In this document: piece by piece, positions 23,968 to 32,928 of the stretch | Numbering within the stretch: position 1 is the stretch's first letter | How the letters are laid out: every line of letters starts with the position of its first letter | Source of the DNA: an uncultured delta proteobacterium | GTDB taxonomy: Bacteria; Desulfobacterota; RBG-13-43-22 | DNA: 64,000 bases | Direction: 5' to 3' | NCBI GenBank assembly: GCA_963843145.1 | Contig: CAWJJC010000021.1 | Location: 64,001-128,000, forward strand | Position numbers and translations under genes: made by a program | The notes under the pieces: generated by a model | What the model was told of the DNA's origin: nothing | Databases searched by the model: none | Seen by the model: only the letters and a program-made list of their open reading frames with translations

Positions 23968-24297
23968 CTAAAAGATGGAATAGGTAATGATGCCGCAGAC
24001 CGCCACCATCAAAATCAAACCCAGGATGAAGGCCCCATCGGCAATTTGTTCCAGGCGAGGCATTCGATGAAGACTGCGCATTCGCAAGGCCCAATAAGCA
24101 CAAAGACAGGAGCAGAGAAAGAAAAGGGCGTCGAGAGAAAGAAGGTCGTCGGCCAAGGTATCGATCTTTAGGGTGGAAATAACCACGCGAATAAGTCCGA
24201 TGACCGTTAGACAGACGCCGACCATGGCGGCGGATACCGAAAAAAGGTGGATGGAAATGTCCTCTTCGAGAGGTTTAGGCATTCTTAGCTGAGGCAT
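23968..24297 (-). CDS. small hypothetical membrane protein (3 TM)
   Basis: IHLFSVSAAMVGVCLTVIGL...TLADDLL; RBS GGAG upstream. Confidence 0.75.
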   Translation of the reverse strand: MPQLRMPKPLEEDISIHLFSVSAAMVGVCLTVIGLIRVVISTLKIDTLADDLLSLDALFFLCSCLCAYWALRMRSLHRMPRLEQIADGAFILGLILMVAVCGIITYSIF

Positions 24298-24387
24298 AGG
24301 TTCGGTCTCCAGGCTTGCTCTGCAAAAAAAGGTGGTCTAGTTGGGTTTGATGTGTATTTTCAAATAGCGATCAAGGACGCTTAGGCG

Positions 24388-24837
24388 TTAGGGATGATCT
24401 TCTCTCTTCTTGAACGATTTTCCATCAAATTCCGGATAGAGTATCTTTAGGCAGTCAGGGCAGATCGAATGGCTAAACTTCGCCAGAGAATTTGCACTGA
24501 TATAGTCTTCCAATGTTTTCCAATCAATGTCTTGTCTAATCTTTTTGCAATTGGCGCAGATGGGGATAAACCCTTCAAGAATTCTAATTTCCTTCTCTAA
24601 TCTCTTTCGAAAGTAACAGAACGATGAGAAGATGACCAAGAAATATATTACTAGTTCAAAGATCACCTCCCCTTTTCGCTGAGAGAATTTGGTGGGTTCG
24701 TCGCCGAACAGGTAATGAGGTAAGTCCAGAAGCTCATTGGCTATGGTCAAAAAAACAAATATGGTCAGCATAACTAGAAAAACAACCCAGATTTTCTTGT
24801 GAGCCCGTAAAGGCAATGGATTATGACTTTTTGACAT
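24388..24837 (-). CDS. 2-TM protein with C-terminal PICxxCKKIR...SHSICPDC Cys-rich domain
   Basis: motifs read directly; RBS GGAGGG in the 21-nt gap after the Enzyme I gene. Confidence 0.8.
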   Translation of the reverse strand: MSKSHNPLPLRAHKKIWVVFLVMLTIFVFLTIANELLDLPHYLFGDEPTKFSQRKGEVIFELVIYFLVIFSSFCYFRKRLEKEIRILEGFIPICANCKKIRQDIDWKTLEDYISANSLAKFSHSICPDCLKILYPEFDGKSFKKREDHP

Positions 24838-24858
24838 GGATCTGCCCTCCCTCTGGGT

Positions 24859-26961
24859 TTAATCAAATGCGGAGGCGACGATCTGCTGAAGGTCCTTCGG
24901 AGTGGTGGCACCGAGGGCCTCCTGGGCCAGGGCTCGCGCCTGATCAATCGTCACCTGTCGGATAGCGTGACGTACCCGCGCCGCCAGAAATGGATTCAGA
25001 CTGAGGTCCGTCACGCCCAGGCCCACCAACAGGCAGGCGACCACGGGATCACTGGCCGCTTCTCCGCAGACGGTTACGGCCATCCCCCGGTTCACGGCAG
25101 CACGGACTATCCGCTCCGTGGCCCGCAGCACGGAGGGATGGAGAAATGAAAGCACCCCCGAAGGTCCCTGCGATCCACGGTTCATGGTCAAGATGGAGTG
25201 GGCCAGATCGTTGGTCCCGATGGAGACAAAATCCGCGATTTGCAGAATTCCCTGGATATCAAAGGCCGCGGCCGGAGTCTCGATCATGGCTCCGATAGGC
25301 GGTCGTTTGCTCAGTTGCTCGCTTTGCACTACTTCGTCCACCAAGCGGCAAGCCTCGCTCAAATCCGCCACGCCTATGACCATCGGGAACAAGATTTTCA
25401 CGTCACCCCTTGGTGCGGCTCGGAGGATCGCCAGGATCTGGGTGCGGAACATGGTTTTCTCGGCCAGGGAATAGGCCAGACCGCGCAGGCCGGCGCGCAA
25501 AGCCAGATCGGTGGCGATGCCGTCAAAGCGCGGCATCTTGTCCCCCCCGAGATCCATCGTGCGGATGACGACCGGCCGCGGAGCAAGCAGACCGGCTACC
25601 TCGGAATAGGCCGCTGTTTGCGTTTCCAGGTCCGGCGGTCGTTCCGCCTCCAGAAACAGGAATTCCGAGCGAAACAGGCCTACGCCATCCAGTCGATGCT
25701 CCAGGACTAGGCAAGCTTCATCCGGACGGCCGATATTCGCCTGTAACCCGATCGCGACACCATCCTTGGTGATACAGGGCTGGACCGGCTCCTGGGCGGT
25801 GGCCGCCCTGAACAGGGCGGATTGTGTCTGACGCGCCGCAAAGCGCGCCTTCTGGGCCGGGGTCGGGGCTACCGTAACGGTTCCCGCTTCGGCATCCACC
25901 AGCAGCCGGTCCCCGGAGGCCAGCAGCGACGTGGCGTCCTTGATGTCGCAGACTGCGGGAATATGTCTGAATCGGGTCAGGATCGCGACATGCGACGCGG
26001 GGCCCGTTCTCTCGGTGACGATGGCGGCCACAAGGGCCGGATCGATCTGGAGCGCATCGGACAAAAGGAGTTCTTCAGAGACCAAAATGGTTCCCGGCGA
26101 AAGGGCGGACAGGCGGTTCGAGGCCGAATTATTCGAGGTTCTGAGGTGGCGTAGAACTTGATGCCCCAAGTCGCGCACGTCAGCGCTGCGCTCCCGCATG
26201 AATTCCTGTTTCAACCCCTGGAGCCGCCGCTCCATCTCTCGGATCTCGGCCAGGACGGCCTGTTCGCTTCTGACCAGATCCTGAGACACGCGTCGTTTGC
26301 ATTTCTTCGTAAAGGAGGGGTCTTTGAGCATGGCCAGACGCATCTCCACCAGAGCGATCTCATCGTCTGCCTTTTGGCGTTCAAACTGCTTCCGAATGGT
26401 ATCCAACTCGTGGATTGACGCCGCCAAAGCGCAGTCAAAGCGGTCACCCTCCGACTTCACCTCATCCAGAGCAATGTTTGGCTCCCCGAGTGCGGATTCA
26501 GGCTCCGGCAGGTAGACCACGGCCACTCCGTCGGCTAAGCCAGGGGAAACCCCGCGGCCTTGCATGGTCGTGCCTACCAGTCGGGAAAAGGCGCGAAGAT
26601 GCTGCATCTCTTCGTCCTTCGTCGTCAGGTCCTTTTTAATCTGTCTGGTCTCAATGGCTTTTCGGCCTACTAAGTAGGCATATAATGACAAGGCGAGCAC
26701 TTCAATCGCGGCATTGATGCTCTCTAAGGGAAGTAATTCAGGTACCCGCCAATAGACTTCAAAATAGACCCTCAGCACCGGAAGCAAGACGGATAAGATA
26801 TAAGCCAGGGTCCTTGTGCCCATCCAGGCCGCCAGGCCAATCGGCAGAACATAGAGGAGAGGAAAGCGAATATCTCGGCCCGTGACCAAGTCAACGGACA
26901 AGGTAACCAGCGTGACCAGCAGGCAAACGGCTGTGGGGTTCCTCTCGGTGAGCTGTTTCAT
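24859..26961 (-). CDS. PEP-protein phosphotransferase (PTS Enzyme I) with N-terminal multi-TM domain
   Basis: GRGVSPG, GPASHVAIL (phospho-His), GVGLFRSEF, IRTMDLGGDK, MIETPAA, SIGTNDL, VCGE; first ~100 aa are about 4 hydrophobic helices; start uncertain (26961 or 27015). Confidence 0.9.
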   Translation of the reverse strand: MKQLTERNPTAVCLLVTLVTLSVDLVTGRDIRFPLLYVLPIGLAAWMGTRTLAYILSVLLPVLRVYFEVYWRVPELLPLESINAAIEVLALSLYAYLVGRKAIETRQIKKDLTTKDEEMQHLRAFSRLVGTTMQGRGVSPGLADGVAVVYLPEPESALGEPNIALDEVKSEGDRFDCALAASIHELDTIRKQFERQKADDEIALVEMRLAMLKDPSFTKKCKRRVSQDLVRSEQAVLAEIREMERRLQGLKQEFMRERSADVRDLGHQVLRHLRTSNNSASNRLSALSPGTILVSEELLLSDALQIDPALVAAIVTERTGPASHVAILTRFRHIPAVCDIKDATSLLASGDRLLVDAEAGTVTVAPTPAQKARFAARQTQSALFRAATAQEPVQPCITKDGVAIGLQANIGRPDEACLVLEHRLDGVGLFRSEFLFLEAERPPDLETQTAAYSEVAGLLAPRPVVIRTMDLGGDKMPRFDGIATDLALRAGLRGLAYSLAEKTMFRTQILAILRAAPRGDVKILFPMVIGVADLSEACRLVDEVVQSEQLSKRPPIGAMIETPAAAFDIQGILQIADFVSIGTNDLAHSILTMNRGSQGPSGVLSFLHPSVLRATERIVRAAVNRGMAVTVCGEAASDPVVACLLVGLGVTDLSLNPFLAARVRHAIRQVTIDQARALAQEALGATTPKDLQQIVASAFD

Positions 26962-27290
26962 GGAACGCAGAGCAGTTGTCAGGTGAGCTTCCCTCCTCCT
27001 ACCATTAGACGCCAATCATAGTTAGGTTAATCCGCAGAGTAAAGAATAGTCTTCAATAAATCATTATTAAACTTAGGAGTACAGGACCATAAAAAGGTTA
27101 AATATCCGATTAAGAACCCTGGTTTCATCCGCCCTAAAAACATCCCTTTTTCAATTCCAGAATAGACTCATTATGCCAAGCGATGAAAGCAAATTTAACC
27201 TAATGAAATACTTCCTGGTCCAAGAGATCATGACTAGGTAAGATTTGAGGATGTTTTATTCGCCAAGTCAACCTGAAGAGGAGGACCCGT

Positions 27291-27800
27291 ATGAAAAAGA
27301 TCATTGTTTTGTTGATTATCTGTTCGATGCTTGTTTTATTTGTTCCCGCCAAACAAGTGGAGGCTCACGGCGGGTTAGGGTGGTTACTTCCCGGATTGAT
27401 TATCGGTGGGGCCATCGGCTTGAGCCTAACCCCTCGATACTACTACCCCCCGCGTTACTATTATCCGCCTCCGGCCTATTATTATCCCCCGCCCGCCTAT
27501 GACTACCCGCCTCCGGCCTATAGTTCACCTCCGCCCCCACCCGATACCTCTTCGAGGGAAAGTGATCAGGCGTCGAAGTCAGGGGGTCGGATCTTCATCT
27601 ACCCCCGCCAGGGTCAGACCCAGGAAAAACTGGAACTGGATCGCAACGATTGCCATAACTGGGTTTTGGGCCAAACAGGATACGACCCGACCAAGCCGCC
27701 GCCCAGCGATATGTCTCTTGCTCAGATAGAACAAGAAAGTGCGGATTACCAGCGGGCCTTGGGAGCCTGCCTGGATGCCCGGGGGTACACGGTGAGATAA
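27291..27800 (+). CDS. exported Pro/Tyr-rich protein
   Basis: signal peptide; YYYPPP repeats; IYPRQGQTQEK..DRNDCHNW...ACLDARGYTV C-terminal domain; RBS GAGGAGG. Confidence 0.8.
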   Translation: MKKIIVLLIICSMLVLFVPAKQVEAHGGLGWLLPGLIIGGAIGLSLTPRYYYPPRYYYPPPAYYYPPPAYDYPPPAYSSPPPPPDTSSRESDQASKSGGRIFIYPRQGQTQEKLELDRNDCHNWVLGQTGYDPTKPPPSDMSLAQIEQESADYQRALGACLDARGYTVR

Positions 27801-27878
27801 CGCGCCATGGTCGTTTAACTCACTGAATGTTCATAAAAAATACAAACCAATAGAATTTTCCAGAAAGGAGAAAATCTA

Positions 27879-28319
27879 ATGAAAACCAGGACTAAAATAG
27901 TATCGATGCTTGTTTTGATGGTTTTTTGCTTCAGCGCTTATGAGGCCTACGCCTTCGGAGGGCCCGGCAGGCGAGGATCTGAGATGAAGCACCTCAAATG
28001 GGTACTGGCCAAGGCCGGGGTTCCATTGACCGACGACCAGAAAACCCAGATCAAAGGGATTTTTCAGGGAAACCGGGACCAGATAAAGACGGAGCGGACC
28101 GCTTTATTCCAAGCCCGCCGGGCTCTTCAAGCAGCTATTTTATCTGGCAAACTCAATGATCAACAGATCAATGACCAGGTAGCCAAAATGATGCCCCAGA
28201 TCAGTGCCTTGGCGGTGAACCGGGCCGGCCTTTATAATCAAATCGTTTGGGATGTGTTGACGCAGGACCAACAGGCGGCGCTACAAGCCCGTGCCACTTC
28301 CGAACAGGTCCAGCAATAA
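27879..28319 (+). CDS. Spy/CpxP-family periplasmic chaperone-like protein
   Basis: signal peptide; two LTxxQ motifs (LTDDQ, LTQDQ); RBS AAGGAG. Confidence 0.8.
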   Translation: MKTRTKIVSMLVLMVFCFSAYEAYAFGGPGRRGSEMKHLKWVLAKAGVPLTDDQKTQIKGIFQGNRDQIKTERTALFQARRALQAAILSGKLNDQQINDQVAKMMPQISALAVNRAGLYNQIVWDVLTQDQQAALQARATSEQVQQ

Positions 28320-28655
28320 AAAACCTGGAAAGGATGGTTTAATTTGAAAAAAGGGATCGGGGGCCTTTACGTTTTCTCGGCCCCTGATCCCTTCCAAACG
28401 GTCTTTACCGTGGCTCAAAGTTTTCTAACCCCTGACCAAGCAGAACGGTTACCCGTCTTTGGTTTACGTTTAGACATTGAACCCAATTTTTACGTCGGCC
28501 CCGGAGTTCCATCCTGGAATAACCTGATCTTATTATCAACCAAAGGACGAAAGCTTTCTTAGAAATGGATGGTATCTTTAAGGCTGACCACTAGACCTCC
28601 AACAATGAAGGAAGGCGTATTTCAGGGCCAGCGAAATAGGAAAGGGGAATTTAAA

Positions 28656-28684
28656 TTGACTTTCCAAGGCAGTTCGCCTAAATT
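28656..28684 (+). promoter_or_regulatory. sigma70 promoter of the tRNA
   Basis: TTGACT-17nt-TAAATT, 13 nt upstream of the tRNA. Confidence 0.65.
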
Positions 28685-28697
28685 AAATAGTTTGGGT

Positions 28698-28773
28698 GGG
28701 CCCATAGCTCAGTTGGAAGAGCCACCGGCTCATAACCGGAAGGTCCCTGGTTCGAGGCCAGGTGGGCCCACCA
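28698..28773 (+). tRNA. tRNA with CAT anticodon, most likely tRNA-Ile2 (lysidine)
   Basis: GGGCCCA/TGGGCCC acceptor stem, CCGG-CTCATAA-CCGG anticodon arm, GTTCGA, CCA; lacks initiator features; Ile2 versus elongator Met is inferred. Confidence 0.93.
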
Positions 28774-28916
28774 TTAAATATTATAAACCCAGACGATTAA
28801 CATTTAAAATGATGCTCCATCAAAATAGCAAAAAGCGAATCCCCAAACCGCTCAGGGGATGGGAGGACGAAAAAAGGGTGCCGCGTTAATCGGGCGCCCT
28901 TTTTGTTTAATAGCGG

Positions 28917-30035
28917 ATGGTGGTCACCACTAAAGAGATTATCCAGTGGCTCGATTCCCGATATCCCCCCCACTGGGCCGAGGATTGGGACCAGGTCGGA
29001 CTTCAAGTGGGCGATCCCGGGCAAGCGGTTCGGCGCCTGGGAATCGCCCTGGAAGCCTCACCTCGAACGATTCAATGGGCGGCTTCTGAATCCATCCAAT
29101 TGCTCTTATGTCACCATCCTTTATTATTCCAGCCAGTTAGCCGACTTCGCTATGATCGGGAACCCGGTAAGACGGTGCGGAAGCTGATCCGGGGGGAGAT
29201 AGCCCTCTGGGTGGCCCACACCAACCTGGATGCGGCTCCGGAGGGAGTCAGCACAGCACTGGCTCGAAGGTTGGGGTTAACCCGTTTGAAGCCCCTGGAA
29301 GAAAAAACCAAGGACCTCTGCAAACTGGTGGTCTTTGTTCCGGCGGGTTATGAAGAACGTCTGCAGCAGGCCCTCAAGATTCCGGGTATCGGACAAATCG
29401 GGACCTATCGGTTTTGTACCTTCTCCGCCCGGGGGGAAGGGCGGTTCACCCCCGAACCGGGGTCCCATCCCTTTCAGGGGAAAGCCGGGCTTGAAAACCG
29501 GGCGCCGGAAACCCGATTGGAGGTCCAGGTTCCACGGGCGCAAGTCGAAACATTGCTTCAGCGTTTTCGAGCGTCCCATCCCTACGAGGAGATGGCCTAC
29601 GACCTCTACCCGCTTCAGAACAGTGCGCTCGGGGTGGGGATAGGGCGGCTGGGGATCTACGACCCCCCCTTATCCTGGGATCAATTCATCTCTTTTCTGC
29701 GCGAGGGCGCTGAAGCGCCGTTTATCCAAGTTGCCGGAAAAATTCCGCAAAAAATTGAGCGGGTCGCCGTCTGCGGTGGCGCCGGGCGTTCGTTGCTTCC
29801 GGCCGCTCTGGCCGCTCAAGTCCAGGTCTTCGTAACCGGGGAGATCGGACACCATCCTTCCGTGGAGTTTTCCGGAGAGGATCTGGCCCTGGTCAGCATT
29901 GGGCACTATGTGTCTGAAAAATGGATCCTTCCAGTTTTAGGACAGCAATTGATCGAGGCCGCGGAGGCGCAGGGTTGGGAGTTGGAGGTCCGGGTCCACC
30001 TTGAACCAGGCGATCCGACCTGTCGGTATTTTTAG
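28917..30035 (+). CDS. Nif3-like dinuclear metal protein (YqfO type with PII-like insert)
   Basis: AEDWDQVGLQVG, HHPLLF, HTNLD, HPYEEMAYD, VCGGAG, GHYVSE. Confidence 0.93.
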   Translation: MVVTTKEIIQWLDSRYPPHWAEDWDQVGLQVGDPGQAVRRLGIALEASPRTIQWAASESIQLLLCHHPLLFQPVSRLRYDREPGKTVRKLIRGEIALWVAHTNLDAAPEGVSTALARRLGLTRLKPLEEKTKDLCKLVVFVPAGYEERLQQALKIPGIGQIGTYRFCTFSARGEGRFTPEPGSHPFQGKAGLENRAPETRLEVQVPRAQVETLLQRFRASHPYEEMAYDLYPLQNSALGVGIGRLGIYDPPLSWDQFISFLREGAEAPFIQVAGKIPQKIERVAVCGGAGRSLLPAALAAQVQVFVTGEIGHHPSVEFSGEDLALVSIGHYVSEKWILPVLGQQLIEAAEAQGWELEVRVHLEPGDPTCRYF

Positions 30036-30066
30036 ATGGAAAGCGAATTCAAATAGGGGGAAACGA

Positions 30067-30792
30067 ATGGAGGAACAAATTCGTCGGTTGGTTTACCTGC
30101 AACAGATCGATAACGATATCCAACAAGTGAAGGTCCAAGCGGAGGAGACTCCCCGTCGTTTGGCCGGGATTGACTTGGAACTCCAAGCGGCCCGGCAAAC
30201 CTATGAGACCTTTTTGAACAAGTTGGAGGAAGTAAAAAAACAGCGACGCGACCTGGAAAAGGAAGTTGAACAATACGACCAGAAAATTAAGAAAAGTCGA
30301 ACTAAACTGATGGAAGTAAAAAACAATAAAGAATATAAGGCGATGCTCACCGAGATAGACGACCTGGATAAAAGCAAGGCCAGCCAGGAAGACGCTCTTT
30401 TGGAACTGATGGAACAAATGGAGGCCTTGACCCTCCAGGTGCGGGAGCAAAAAAAAGTTTTGGATCTAAAAATCGTTGCCGGCAAAACCCAAAAAGAAGA
30501 ATGGGAAAAAGCCGGTGAGGGTTATGCCCGGGAATTAGCCCGCTTTGAGGAAGATCGCCAAAAAGCAGCCGCCCGGGTGGAAGATTCGCATCTTAAACAA
30601 TATGAATTTTTACGGGAGCGTTTGCGTGGTTTGGCCTTGGCCGAGGTTCGTAATGCCGCCTGTATGTCCTGTCATATGCATATCCCGCACCAATTATATA
30701 ACGAAATTCAACGGTGCGACCGGATTATCAATTGTCCCAATTGCCTGCGAATTTTATTTTACTCGGGGAAACCCGAGGCCGCCAAGGAATAA
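30067..30792 (+). CDS. coiled-coil C4-type zinc-ribbon protein
   Basis: LQQID, long coiled coil, CMSCH...CPNCLRIL. Confidence 0.9.
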   Translation: MEEQIRRLVYLQQIDNDIQQVKVQAEETPRRLAGIDLELQAARQTYETFLNKLEEVKKQRRDLEKEVEQYDQKIKKSRTKLMEVKNNKEYKAMLTEIDDLDKSKASQEDALLELMEQMEALTLQVREQKKVLDLKIVAGKTQKEEWEKAGEGYARELARFEEDRQKAAARVEDSHLKQYEFLRERLRGLALAEVRNAACMSCHMHIPHQLYNEIQRCDRIINCPNCLRILFYSGKPEAAKE

Positions 30793-30831
30793 ACCCTGTC
30801 TGATTTTAAGAAACAAGCTGTCGGGCAGTGG

Positions 30832-31242
30832 GTGGTTTTCTCCGATGGGGCGGCTAAGGGCAACCCTGGGCCTTCCGGGGCCGGATGGCTCATCCGTGAT
30901 CCCCAAGGGCAGATCCGGGAAAATGGAAAGTTTCTGGGGCCTGGGACCAACAACGAGGCGGAATATCAGGCCTTGACGGCGGCCCTGGAAGAGGCCTTGT
31001 CTCTGGGGGCGAAAGCGGTTAAAGTGCATCTGGATTCCGAACTGCTGGTCCGCCAGATTAACGGACAGTACCGGGTGAAAAGTGATCGCTTGCGAAAGTA
31101 TTACCACCAGGCGCAAGATCTTTTGAGCCGTTTTCACGATTATGCTATAATTCATATTCCCCGGGAGCAGAATCGGGAGGCGGACCGGTTGGCCAATGAG
31201 GCCATCAAGAATCATTATAAAAACCAAACCAAAAATATTTGA
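30832..31242 (+). CDS. rnhA: ribonuclease HI family
   Basis: DGAAKGNPGPSG, TNNEAEY, DSEL, NREADRLAN; start uncertain. Confidence 0.9.
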   Translation: MVFSDGAAKGNPGPSGAGWLIRDPQGQIRENGKFLGPGTNNEAEYQALTAALEEALSLGAKAVKVHLDSELLVRQINGQYRVKSDRLRKYYHQAQDLLSRFHDYAIIHIPREQNREADRLANEAIKNHYKNQTKNI

Positions 31243-31292
31243 ATAATTGGTTTAACTAAATAATCAAGCAATAAATAATGATACCCTATAGC

Positions 31293-31662
31293 GTGGAAGT
31301 GGATCAGATGATCGCCCGCTTTCGGGCGGGAGGAAAGTCCGAGCTCCAAAGGGCAGGATGCTGGGTAACACCCAGTCCCGGTGACGGGAAGGAAAGTGCC
31401 ACAGAAAATATACCGCTCCGCCTCCGGCGGAGTAAGGGTGAAAAGGCGGGGTAAGAGCCCACCGGTATCCCGAGCGATCGGGATAGCCTGGTAAACCCCA
31501 TCCGGAGCAAGACCAAATAGGGGGGCGTTACGGGTAGCCCGCCCAAGGCCCCCGGGTTGGTTGCTTGAGGTCCGAAGCAATTCGGACTCTTAGAGGAATG
31601 ATCATCATCCCGGCCGGCGTGAGCCTCCGGGAAACAGGACTCGGCTTATGATCCACTTCCAC
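31293..31662 (+). ncRNA. rnpB: RNase P RNA, type A
   Basis: GAGGAAAGTCC, AGTGCCACAGAAA, GGTAAACCCC, ACAGGACTCGGCTTA; P1 helix GTGGAAGTGGATCA/TGATCCACTTCCAC. Confidence 0.97.
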
Positions 31663-31732
31663 CTATTTTCTTTCACCTTTATCCGCGAGGGTCAGGCTAT
31701 GCCCGCCATCGAAAAAAAATAGAGATCAGGCC

Positions 31733-32428
31733 TTGAAGACCATCGCCTTGATTACCGCCGGCGGGAAAGGACAACGGATGCAATCCTCCACGGCAAAACA
31801 GTTTTTGCTCCTGGGGGGAAAGCCTATCCTGGCGCAGACCATTGCGGTTTTTGATGCCTGTCCGGTCGTGGATGAGATCTTTGTCATAGCTCCCCAAGAT
31901 GAAATGGCGAAGGTTCAAACGGATATCGTCGAAAAGTACCACTATAAAAAAGTGCTCAAGGTGGTTCAGGGGGGCCGGAGACGGCAACAGTCCGTCTGGA
32001 ATGGGTTACGGGCGATAAAGTCGGATTGTTCCTGGGTAGTGGTTCACGACGGGGTCCGCCCTCTGATCAACCCTCAATTGATTGAAGTCGGTATGCTGGA
32101 AGCCCGGCAGACCGGCGCCGCCATCGTAGCCGTTCCCGCCCGGGATACGGTCAAACGATTAGCCCCGGGGGGGAAATTGCAGACCCTGCCCCGGGAAGAG
32201 ATCTGGCTGGCCCAGACGCCGCAGATTTTTGAATTTTCCCTGCTCTGCCAGGCCCACCAGAAAGCGAATCAGGATAAATTTACGGGAACGGATGACGCTT
32301 CCCTGGTGGAACGATTGGGGCATCCCGTCAGCCTGATTTCCGGAGACTACCGAAACATAAAGATTACCACCCCGGAAGACCTGACGATCGCTGAGACGCT
32401 GATCAAGAAGGAAAAAAAAGATCTATGA
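31733..32428 (+). CDS. ispD: MEP cytidylyltransferase
   Basis: AGGKGQRM..AKQF, VHDGVRP, QTPQ, TDDASL, NIKITTPED. Confidence 0.96.
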   Translation: MKTIALITAGGKGQRMQSSTAKQFLLLGGKPILAQTIAVFDACPVVDEIFVIAPQDEMAKVQTDIVEKYHYKKVLKVVQGGRRRQQSVWNGLRAIKSDCSWVVVHDGVRPLINPQLIEVGMLEARQTGAAIVAVPARDTVKRLAPGGKLQTLPREEIWLAQTPQIFEFSLLCQAHQKANQDKFTGTDDASLVERLGHPVSLISGDYRNIKITTPEDLTIAETLIKKEKKDL

Positions 32429-32907
32429 TCCCGCCCTTCCGAGTGGGATTGGGCTATGATGTCCACCGTCTGGTTCCGGAAAGGGCCTTGATCCTGGGAG
32501 GGATCGAAATCCCTTATTCCCTGGGGCTGGAAGGCCACTCCGACGCCGATGTGCTGGCCCATGCCCTGGGTGACGCCCTCCTGGGGGCCGCCGGGTTGGG
32601 CGATTTGGGGCGGCATTTTCCGGATTCGGATCCCCGATATAAAGGGGTATCCAGCCTCATCCTTTTGAAGGCCATCCTTTCGAAGATCCGGTCCGCAGGC
32701 TGGGAGATCGGCTACCTCGATAGTACGATCGTGGCCCAGCAGCCCAAGCTGGCGGACTTTATCCCTTCCATGCGTCAGACCCTGGCGGAGAGCCTTCAAA
32801 TAGCTTCGGACCAGATCCATATTAAAGCGACTACTTCCGAGGGACTCGGATTTTGCGGCCGGCAAGAGGGGATCGCCGCCTACGCCGTGGCCCTGATCAA
32901 TCAATAA
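32425..32907 (+). CDS. ispF: MEcPP synthase
   Basis: GYDVH, GHSDADV, KATTSEGLG. Confidence 0.96.
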   Translation: MIPPFRVGLGYDVHRLVPERALILGGIEIPYSLGLEGHSDADVLAHALGDALLGAAGLGDLGRHFPDSDPRYKGVSSLILLKAILSKIRSAGWEIGYLDSTIVAQQPKLADFIPSMRQTLAESLQIASDQIHIKATTSEGLGFCGRQEGIAAYAVALINQ

Positions 32908-32928
32908 AATAATGGGTGCACCACCGCC

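Noticed and set aside
6540-28680. att-like direct repeat bounding the accessory block (AATAGG.AAA ... TTTCCAA.GGC at both ends)
   Set aside because: Too short and differently spaced to call
28569-28889. 106-aa ORF
   Set aside because: It overlaps the tRNA(CAT) gene and its promoter
31215-31580. Minus-strand ORFs
   Set aside because: They are antisense to RNase P RNA
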